Below, piece after piece: positions 53,431-64,000 of a stretch of DNA of 64,000 nucleotides (the stretch's first letter is position 1; each line of letters opens with the position of its first letter). The position numbers and the translations under genes are program-made. Under the pieces are notes generated by a model, which was not told the DNA's origin, ran no database searches, and saw nothing but the letters and a program-made list of their open reading frames with translations. Source of the DNA: Marsupella aquatica. Its lineage: Eukaryota; Plantae; Marchantiophyta. The stretch spans positions 6,034,687 through 6,098,686 of the forward strand of contig OZ316895.1 in assembly GCA_973895155.1 (NCBI GenBank). The letters run 5' to 3'.

Positions 53431-55542
53431 TCCACTGGCGTTCCATTGAAGGATTATCCGCAAATTTACAGATTCAAGAGAAGTTCGTTGAAAAATCAGG
53501 ACTCTCAATCCTTTGAAAACGCGGCGCGGCGGGCTCTCGAGGCCCGGGGCAATCCAATCGGGTTTTTGTTGACGGGTATCTTGTTCGAAAGAGAGCTCTA
53601 AAACTAAATGCAGCAGTGAGAAGAGTACAGATGTGTCAGTTTTGACAAAGCTGATATGGCCTAGCTCGGGATCCCGAGCTACGCCATATCTCTCTGACGA
53701 AACTCACACATGTATACCGAAGTCCATTGCACAAACTTACTCTGGGCATGATTGCGATCTACACACATCATTTTGCCTCCAACACAATAATCGATAGCTA
53801 CAGTAGATGAAAGGTGAGGTCTGAGGTTTAATCAGGACCTTAAGACACTCTCGACCTAGGCTCATATATATATTGGTGACTCCCTCGCTAATTTGTATAT
53901 AACTACTCTAACCGTGATCTTGTACCCCATAAGTGTAATTTACTCTTCAAAAACCTGTTATGCACTTATGAGTAAGTGTAATTTGATGGAGTTGTGCACT
54001 AACTGATAAGTGTCCATGTCTAAATTTCAAGAGTTGCACTCACAAAATTGTCATTCAGCAAAAGTGTTTTGGCCTATTTGCACTTGGAAAATGTGCAACA
54101 AAGTGCAAAGTCTGTAATAAGAAACCTAGGAGCTGGACACCTTGCAATGACAGGTTTTGCACTTATGGATTTTGCACTTGGAGAGAGATGACTTTAGCTT
54201 CCTATGGTTAGCGTTCCTGACTGTGGTATGCCTTTTTAATTGTGTATGCTTAATAGCATTTGGACAGGCTTTTTACTAACCTATCCCCCCAAGTGACCAT
54301 AATTATAAACCTGTCCCCCAAACTATTTTAATTTCTAAGTATACCCTTTTTGTATATGTGTTAACAGTAACTCATATACTTAACCCAAGGTCCGTCCCTA
54401 TTGGTCGCATGACACTTTGGTCTTTTAATAACCTATTTCCCAAACTGACCATAATTATCTACTTGTCCCCCAAATTATTTTAATTCCTATTTAGACCCCC
54501 TTTTTCATACATGGGTTAACTTTAACTCATATACTTAACCCAAGGTCATTCCCTATTGGACTGGGAGCCCTTTTTAAAATGGGATGCTGGGAAGGAAATA
54601 GGGGTGTGATGGGAAGGAAGAGATGGCTGTGTTGCCGAGCCTGCCTTTGTGGGTTTGGCGGGGCAGGGAGGAAGCTGGGGTTGTGCCTGTCCTATCACAA
54701 TGCTAGGGAGTTTGTCCGGCTCTCCCTTATTTGTCATGACGGGAAGGAGTCAGCTTGGGTTAGAGGAGAACAAGCTGGGGTTCAGTGTGGTCAATGGGGC
54801 CTTGCCATGTGTCCTGACCATATTCAGACTCATTAATTTCTTAAATCTGAGAAAATGAAAATGTTTTACCACCAGTGTGGAAATGGATGGAGAAGTGGTA
54901 GAATGCTTGGAACCCCATATTGGATGGGTTATTGCTGGAAATGGATGGAGACGTGGTAGAATGCAAAGAATCACATTTTGGGTGCATTCCTGAGGGACAG
55001 AAAATTATAAAACCAAGTTACCCGGATGGACCTGACTTATAGTGTGAACCCCTACCCACATTGACCATGACACCCCTTTCATCCTAACTCACTGAAACTC
55101 TATTTGCTTCCATACATTTTTACCAGAAAATTCCTCCCTTGCATTTCTCCCTAGCAACCACCAAACCAGCTGTTCTTGGGGTCATTAGAAGAGGCTTAGA
55201 AAGATCTTTCCTACAAGCTCATGATAGCCGACTTTAATTAAAATGCTAAATATTTCTACTGAGTACACTCTCCCTCAATGTACAGTCTTCTCACTTCCAA
55301 AGTTTCTTACCAGCAAAAATTTTGCCATTCGATGTTTCCCATGATGTTGTCAAATTGGCTGTTCTTGGCTTATTAGGCCTGGCGTAGAATGAGCTTTCCC
55401 ACAAGTCTACCCTCGCCAACTTTCAAAAAGAATTGAGAAAGCTACAAATGTCAAAAAACATCTGTCTCGTTTTCATAGGTGCCACTCGCTGGTGTAATAT
55501 GTATCATTTGAACAGTAGACAGGGTATCATTGGGGTCCATGC

Positions 55543-55709
55543 AGGTTGCAAGTCTATTCAAGCATTTTTTCCAGGCCCTGAGGTGCATCCTGGCTTCATT
55601 TCTTTTGCGGATTGTTGAATAATGGAGGTTGCAAGTCTATTCAAGCATTTTTTCCAGGCCCTGAGGTGCATCCTGGCTTCATTTCTTTTGCGGATTGTTG
55701 AATAATGGA
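55543..55709. repeat. Perfect 83-bp tandem duplication
   Basis: AGGTTGCAAGTCTATTCAAGC...GAATAATGG occurs twice in tandem. Confidence 0.9.
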
Positions 55710-55977
55710 GAGCTCTCTGAGTTCTTCTAACTACACATCAACAATAATGGATATCACAGGACAATCGCAGCTAGGAAAACCCAATCGTCACTGGTTTTCA
55801 TCTTCCAAATAATCGACCAACAAAGTAATGTTCAAAGGCATTTGTACTATCCATCGGACAAACAGCAGCTTTATTACCCCAACTTGTGGAAGACAGAAGG
55901 GACGAGAAAAATACTTTGAAAATCGCTTACAAGCAGCATAAGCAAACGAACCCCTCCGAAAACAACTGTCGGTTGAT

Positions 55978-58900
55978 TTATCGGAGAAGCCCTAAGAACT
56001 TGAGGATAAAGGTATAAACAAATGCTTTTTCCTGAAGCTTATCGAATCTGCAATTATAAGAGAACACCGAATAGCAACTAAGCAATCAGTGCTCAAATTC
56101 AACAGAATAAGTCCCCCGTTCCCCAACCCTGAATACTTTAAACAGCCCAAACAGAAATTGATATCAGTGGGCAAAAAGAATAGTAGTTTAGAAAAACTTC
56201 ACAGGCACAGACCTGCCCGACTTGGAGAAATGGCCAGCACCCATATCACACTTGAAAAGCAGAACATTCTTATCCGTCTTCTTCTCTCGTAACAATGCTG
56301 TGAACTTTGCAGGTTCCCAGTACGCCACTCTTGGATCTGTTCACAAAATCTAGAACTGAGATCTCTAGGGATGCTATTTTTTCTTAAAACCAATTCGTCT
56401 AAAGCTCAAAATATGCTCAATGTACTCTGACAAAGACCTGAATCAGCTCAAAATAAGGGAAAGGAGATCTTGAACCCACCATGGAGACCACCAGTGATTA
56501 ACGTATGTGGATATTGCTGTGCTTTAACCTTGAAAACAACAATCAGTCCAAAGGAATCAATGATCAGCTCAAACTGTAGGATGGTAGGAGTCGTGCGAAA
56601 TTTTGCGATAGTAGTGGTGTGGGGTACTAGAAGCGGTAGAAACTAATTACGGATGGAATGAAACAGACTTGCAAAGATATTTCACCTAAACTCAGGTGAA
56701 ATAAGCTGAGCAATGCGCTTAGCAAGAAAGCAAATTGATGTTTGCATAGTCACTCACGTTGTCCACAGGGGAGTAAGAACGCATGTACTTATAGAACTCC
56801 TCCTTAGCGGGATTACCCCATTCCTGCGTTGAGGAAAGCCAACGATTATCAATGATGCGTGGAAGAACCCATTTTCCAACCCACTTCGTGATGGAATGTT
56901 AACATATGAGCTACAGACAGCGTTTACACCACCATAACTACAAAAAACACCATCCACGCTGCAACGATCATCGATACCAGACGTCTGAAAACGTGATCCG
57001 GAGTTCCAATCTTGAAAGAGTTTTCCAACAAAGCCTGCTCTTCAATATCTTTCCGAATTAGTTCCTATTACTTGATCTTGATTCGGAGTTCCAATCTTGA
57101 AAGAGTTTTCTGACAAAGCCTGCTCTTCATTATCTTTTCACCGATTTCATGCTACCTGATCTCGATCCGGAGTTCCAATCTCGAAGAGTTTTCCAACAAA
57201 GCCTGTTCTTCCTTATTTCCTTCAATTATCTCATATTACTTGAAAAACTATCAGTTGCAAATAGAGCATGTGAGCTTCAATCCCTACTTCACTTGTAGCA
57301 TTAAATGACCATACCTCCCATTCCGCGGTTGTTAAAGGAATGGACGCATCCAGCATTGTTGCCACTACATCAACAAATGCCACCTCAGCAACAGCTGCAG
57401 TGAAAATATCTGGGCGCATTGTCATGACGGCACCAATGAGAAGCCCTCCTGCACTCCGTCCATTTATACAAATCCTGTTCTTCGCCCCAAATTTGTTGTC
57501 TATCAAATACTCCGCGGAGTCGATAAAATCAGTAAAAGTATTCCTCTTGAAAAGGAGTTTGCCATTCTCATACCACTTCCGCCCCATTTCCCCTCCACCT
57601 CGAATGTGGGCAATTGCAAAAACTATCCCTCTGTCCAATAAAGATAGCCTATTTGAGTCGAACTCGGGATCAATGCAGATCTGTGAAGAAAGCACGGTAT
57701 TAAAACTTGTACGCTAAACTTCGTTGTAAATGAAAGACAGCAAATAACGTCAAGATCACTGCAATCTGGTACAGTTTAAGGGCTCCTTACCTCATAAGAA
57801 CCATAGCCGTACAACATCAATGGATCAGTCCCATCTAACTTTACCAGATCTTTCCTGTATACGATGGAAATAGGAATGAGGGTTCCATCCTTCGCTGTTG
57901 CCCATTTCCTGGCAGTCTCATAGTTATGTCTGTCGAAATCTCCAAGGACCTGTGTAATAAAATCTCTTAAGTGTCATGCGACATCTATACTAACGGAGCA
58001 AAAATTATAGAGTAGGAAGCTTTTAACAAGTTTCTACAAAGCCTTAGCAGTGTCGGAATTTCAGTTACTGTCCTTCGCGTACATACGATTCAGAATGACA
58101 AAACTATTTGCTACTAAGTCTTGCACAGTAACTCCATTACTGATCAGGTCATCACTTAGACCCCAGGAACATGAGACACTTCCTTAACGCCGAACGTCCT
58201 TTTAGATCTATAGTGGTATTACTAATGGCGAAATAATGTCCCCCTGTTTTTGTCCAGGTAGAAAACAAATGACAGCTCTAGTGACAAAAGGATAGAAACC
58301 CACCGGATGGATCTTCTTCAAAACTGCCTCCCCTGTATTCATGTCGTAGTCATAGATTGACGAAGGTGTGCTCAATGAACTGTAATTATAGCGAAAAATA
58401 GGTGAGTTGTATTGACTCTGTGTCTGCCATACGCTGTAAGCTGGTTCTGGAAATTGAACTTTTTCGCCGTTACCAAGACTGGTTATTGGCTCACCAATTG
58501 AAGGAAGCTTGTATATGGTCAATGTCACCAGTCCATTCTCCCGCTCCTCAACTATCAAATGGTCAGTAGAGGTCCCGATGGACTGCAACTTCACACTACA
58601 TGGCAAACGAAATGTTAGAAACCAGTCGATCTATAACAAACCATCACAATTTTCTACAATAATGATTATGATGGTAGAGTCAGATAGAGTCAATGATCCA
58701 AAGAAAAGCCTCAGGGGCATAAAGCTGCCGTTAGCTGAAATACTATAAGCTACACACCTTGGCCTATGAGGAAGTAGGGTAGTTGTGGCCGAAGGGTTGT
58801 CCACAGGTGCTACAAGTAGTTCAGAGTTATAGAACTCGTCACTTCTTTTAGTGATGAAGAAGTGATCTCCCCTATGAGCAGCCGCAAAGTCAACACCTTC

Positions 58901-60755
58901 CACTCTCTGGGTCAAGGGCTTAAGCTCTCCGTCCGGGTTTTTCTTGTCCAGAAAAAGGACAAATTGAGTGACTTTGCTGCCAGAATACACCATGAAGTAC
59001 ATGTCACTGTCTGTCGATGATATCTCCAACCAGTGCTCGACGTCTTTCTCATGGTAAAGCAGCTTATCTTCAGACTGTTCTGACCCTACTTTGTGAAGCC
59101 ATACCTGCACAGCCACATAAGAGTGAGATCCAACAAAATATCCTAGGAGATGGGAATGACATCTAGTCGACACTTGACCCAACCCAAACTCCAGAGAAAT
59201 GAATTTGCAAACAAGAATTCCAATTCTACAAACCTTAAATGGCCGCAGAGTTTCATCTTGAGTGACGTAGTATAAAGTGTTGTTGTCGCCCCATTCTACG
59301 TTTTCAGTAGTTCCAATAACTGGACTCCCAACATCTTGTTTGGTTTCTATGTTGACGACGCGATTAGTGTAGATTTCATTTCCTGTGAAATCTTCCGACA
59401 CTGAAAAGAACTTGTGGTCTGGACTAACCTAAAGTAAGAAATTTACAGCCAATAAGAATCCAATAAGAATCCAAACGAATCACGTTGCAGCTAAACAAAA
59501 ATCAAAGTTTCACACAGGACAATCATGAAGTACGACGACAGCACATCAAAATCAAAGAAGGCGATATCAAAAGCGTAATGTCTAGCACACACTGTCGCAT
59601 TGACACTTACCTTCAAGGCTCCAACCATGTAAAATTCATGCTGCGCAGCCACGGCATTTTCATCCAGAAGAATCTCCTCCTCCTGAGCTCCGGCAGTCTC
59701 CATCACTTCCCCCACAGTCCCAGGTCCCTCGCCACCAAGAATTGGACGCCGACAGAAAACTGGATACTGCTTTCCAGTCACATCCTTACAGTAGTAAAAG
59801 TAGGGACCCTTCCTCAACGGCACCGATCTATCATCTTCTTTGATTCTCGCTCGCATTTCTTTGTACAAGTTTGTTTGAAACTCTTTAGTGTCTGCACAGA
59901 CCAGGTACTTCTTAGTCCGTGTCGTCACTTAAAATTTCCTCGCCTGGTAAGAGAATCCGCAAAACTAAAGAGAATTTTCCGCTGATAGGGGGAAACTATA
60001 ATACACAGCCCTAATCAATTTCAACAGATTGTGTGCATCCTGATCATGCTTGACGTTTCTCATTTTAGCCCATTGCAGCTCCAGTGGGAAAAGCATCCGC
60101 AAGGTGACGGAGCATTGTTTTCCGGGTAGGCCAATTCAAAAAAACCAGCCAACTGAACTTTAACATCTCGTGTGCTTCACTACTCTGCTCAACATTTTCC
60201 CCTTTGCCACATTAGAAGCTCGAGTAGTGAGAATGGGCATTCACAATCCGGACCTGCCATGACAGCTTCAGTGTACTCATTCTCGGCTTTCAGGTAAGCC
60301 AAAACCTCCGGATCCTTCCGACTATCATCACGCAGCCAGTAGTAATCATCCTCCTTCACATCTCCAAAATGCTCCGACGTGTGAGGCTTCTTCGTCACCT
60401 GCGGCGGCTCCAAGTCGCCGACGCCCACTGCCATGGCGCTCACCGCTCGGCAACTACTCCTGCTCGCTCTCCCGAAATCACCTAATTCCTCCGAAAGAAA
60501 TTTCACACTCAAGGCTTTGGAATTGTTGTTAGACAGCTTCGGCAGCAGCCAAGAACTCGTGTTGAGGCTCAGAAATGTAGGCCCCCTTGTTGGCGATGTC
60601 CGTGAAAGCAGCTGGGAAGGAACAGCAACCGTGCTATGAAATCGAGGCACTCGAATCCCACATGGCTCGCTACAGAGTGCGGACATGCGCCTGCTCAGAA
60701 ATCCCGAGTGCTGTAGAAGTAAACTTCTCTGCAGGACGTCTTGGAAGTGCTGCAT
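55978..60755 (-). CDS. Oligopeptidase B (protease 2, prolyl oligopeptidase family S9A) with an N-terminal organellar transit peptide; multi-exon
   Basis: DDYYWLRDDSRKDPEVLAYLKAENEY, beta-propeller exons, HIRGGGEMGRKWYENGK, catalytic Ser in GRSAGG, EWGNP...SYSPVDN (56823-56758), catalytic Asp in DPRVAYWEPAKF, catalytic His in GAGHFSKSGR, and terminal exon FDKLQEKAF...LLR* with stop at 55978-55980. Confidence 0.93.
56995..57212. repeat. Intronic tandem repeat, ~85-bp unit x3
   Basis: CGGAGTTCCAATCT..AAGAGTTTTC..ACAAAGCCTG occurs three times within an oligopeptidase B intron. Confidence 0.85.
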
Positions 60756-63700
60756 TGGCGGTCTTTCTCTGCTCGAGGTGGAGGACTGCTGTAGCTCGAG
60801 GTGAGCGGGAAATCGATGAACTCCTCACATCTCACTGCCCAACATCGCCCAAAGCTTCAGATTCAGATTTTCCACAGTGACGAAGCCTCTATATGCATTG
60901 GCACTGCCAGACTAAGCCTCTATATGCATTGGCACTGCCAGAATGATGGATGGGCAAGCGAAAACTTGAATTTGGTTTGGTGCTCTAAATCCTCTAGTGA
61001 CCACCTTCTGGATCATTGGAATGGCAAGAGTTTTGAGATCATATATAGATAGAGTGACTATTGGTTTCTGTTTTAGTTTACTGAGTGGCATTAACTTGAC
61101 TCCATTAACGTGACTAACTTGACTTAGGGTTTGGACCACCTTGTGGATCATTGGAGTGACAAGAGTTTTGAGATCATATTTATAGTGTATTGGTTTATGT
61201 TTTGGTGGACGAAATCGCATTAACTTGACTAACTTGACGTAGATTTAACATGCAGTTTTTCACGGCGCATTAAATCTATGTTGCCCATACAACCAGAACA
61301 TAAACCAAGACACATCTCGTTCAAATCATGTGGTTTTTAGATCATAAATATAGTGTATTGGTTTATGTTTTGGTGTACGGAATGCATTAACTTGATGTAG
61401 ATTTAACACGTAGTAGAGTTCTCCATTGTGTTGCACTAGAGTGGGGCCTAACTATCTTTGGTGGTTTTTTAGGGAAGGGCTCCAAGGCAAAGAGCTAGGA
61501 GGGTATGATGGACACAAATGAATGTATTTGTTTTTACACTTGTGTTCCAAAGATGGAGAAATTAGCTCGGTGACACCCCGCGCTGCAAAAACCAGGTTGG
61601 TGCGGTGCACTTATGGGCTACTTTCTTGGTGGGTCACGATGTCCTTGTGCACTGCGGGCAGTGCTTATAGCCAGCAGTAACAGCATGGTGAGGCGCTCTT
61701 ATGGCCTACCTTCTTGGTGGTATATGAGATTCTTGTGCCGTGCGGGCAGTGCTTATAACCAACAGTGAGTTAGTTAGAAGAGGGAGAGGCCCAAATTGTA
61801 GGAAAGCCTACGTCAATACACTACTGACATTGTTCTACACTATGCAAAACTTAAGTGACACTCACATGTATACACACATAATGTTATGTATGCAAGAGTC
61901 CACAACAATCTTGTGAGATACAAAATGTCATCATGATGTAGTATCAATTGAGCCAACCCCACCCTCTAGCCATGTGGGACTCTCATCATACCATAACAAC
62001 ATGATTGCACAAGACTCTACTAGTGCCAAAGGCTCAACTTGGAAGAATAAAGACTAAATTCTCATTCTCCAAGGTATAACCCCCTTCCTTCATTGACACA
62101 AGACATGATGACCTGGGTGCACACATCACCCCTACTAGGTGACAAGCTACAAAAGGTCACCCTCCCCAACTCGTACATAACAAAGTAATGTAACAAAGTT
62201 GCACCCAATACACACGGGGTGATAGGATCCACAATTGTTGTAGATATATAAAATTTTGGCCTAGGTGAGACCACTCAAGTCATAAACAAGCATGATATCA
62301 GAATAGATTGTATATGCTCTTAACTAGACTCTTAACAACATGGTTGGAATCAAATATTAAATAAATTTACCCCCAATCTATCATTGGGGGGTTTAAAAGA
62401 ACTCAGAGGTTAATACTCTTTTTCTCTAATTTTGAGATGCAATCAAATCCATCCAAATGTGGGAATAGACCAGATATCACTATACATTTGGTAGCACAAT
62501 CTAGCAAAACCATTACCTATCCTAGTCACCTGCTAGTGGGTCCCTCTTTTTGCTGATTACACCATGTTACTTATCAAAAAATTTAGACCACCTCTGAGGT
62601 GGTCTAAAGATTGGACCGTTACATGCATTTATCTTCACTACACCTGACATATTTTGTCTCAGATTTTGGCTCAAGCATTTTAAGTGTAGTGTAGGCAATG
62701 GACTTCATATTGCAAGGGGTGAATATTGACTATTTGTGTCCCTGAGTTCTTGTAAGCCCCCCATTTAGCACAACATAAATGTTTCTGTTTTGTGCGGTGG
62801 AAATTAACTGGGGTTAGCTGTTTTGCATTCAATGGATGTAATCACACCCAGTTCCTTGATCGAAGGGTCTGGGTCTCTGGCCATCAAGGTGACTTTGATC
62901 ACCCTTGGGTCAGTTGATAGAGCATTGGATCTGGTGGTCCCATCCTCAGTACGTGGAGCCTCTGTCCAGGGCCAACCTATTCGTGCACACAGCCTCTGCC
63001 TTTGACATCTTAAGGGCAACCAGAGCTGTCTGATTGCAGGAATGGGTGCAGTGATCAAGCCACTGGATGTGAAGGAGCTAACCCAGGTTACATTTTTTTC
63101 TCCACAAATGACAACAGTGGCACTATGATAAATAAAAATATTAGTGGTAAGGTATATATTATGGCAACAAAGAGTGGCAGCCTAGAAAATAGCAAAAACT
63201 TGGATTTTGTATGATAAATAAGTCCAATGTGGGCACATGCCCTTGGTATGGGAAAGCAATCCAATGTGTGGGAGCATGCAAGACAGTCACAAAGTACATT
63301 GAATGCACTTGCCTTTTTATGCGCATTTACCACAAAGCAACAAGGACCCCTTCTTGCAAAAGGAACTTGCTAGGACCCCTGGTCCATTGCACCCCTTATG
63401 TCACCCCCAAATCCTGGTTTATGGAGGCGTTACAGTATTCATTTTACACAGGGCAAAGTGACAACTCAAGACGGGAGGAGTGAGTGACCCTTTGCAATGG
63501 TGCCCTTCAGAATACTTGGGGCTTCCTTCAAACTTGGGACACACTTCAGATTACTCTAGACTAACTTGCAGCCTGCCGTGAGGAATGGAAGCGATAGTGG
63601 CTTGGTTGCCTGTGCAACACCTTTCTAGTATGAATAAGTCTAAACCAAAATCTAAGGAATTTCCCAAGGATCCAAGTATTGTAGAGTGTAAGTTGGAAAT

Positions 63701-64000
63701 GTGATGAAAATAATCACATTGATAATAGTGGCAATCATAGTCAAGGTAGCATAGCTATGTATGATTATGATGAAGGATCTGCACTATTCACTACTGTATT
63801 TCCTGGAGGAGGGACTATGTTGAATATTACATTTTGCTTAGTACTCATTTCATATGTGTCCATCTAGACAGATTTTATAGTTCTTAGGAGCTGAAGTGGG
63901 GCAATGTCTTGATAGCCAAGGGAGTTATTAACCCTGTCTAAAACAGGACAGTATTTTACGCTGTTTTAAAATTTGGTCAATCAGAAAGAATTGAAATAAA

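Noticed and set aside
59485-59985. Plus-strand ORFs over oligopeptidase B (also 57340-57717), FIP and the cyclophilin
   Set aside because: These are antisense shadows of real minus-strand exons.

Overview
Eukaryotic land-plant nuclear DNA with spliceosomal introns and chloroplast transit peptides. A bryophyte or liverwort-like source is my inference only. Three intact host genes lie on the minus strand: a FIP-like DnaJ-type zinc-finger thylakoid protein (34645-36490), a CYP18-1/PPIL3-type cyclophilin (40031-41863) and oligopeptidase B (55978-60755). The window also holds two decayed ARIA/ABAP1-like armadillo gene copies, a truncated LINE, a MITE, many tandem and segmental duplications, and several long fold-back hairpins. 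The most notable object is a fully bounded 10.5-kb DNA transposon at 2054-12554 with 32-bp TIRs and a 4-bp AAAG target-site duplication. It carries a Sola-like/DUF7869-type DDD transposase on the minus strand. Convergent with it is an intron-containing gene that fuses a ParB/Srx-like domain to a bacterial-type beta-class amino (N6A/N4C) DNA methyltransferase. The non-coding parts of the element, including the introns of that gene, contain at least 15 copies of the palindrome GATACNNGTATC, which I did not see elsewhere in the window. This suggests a parS-like, self-targeted transposon methylation system. Both genes of this copy are frameshifted, so it is probably a decayed member of the family.
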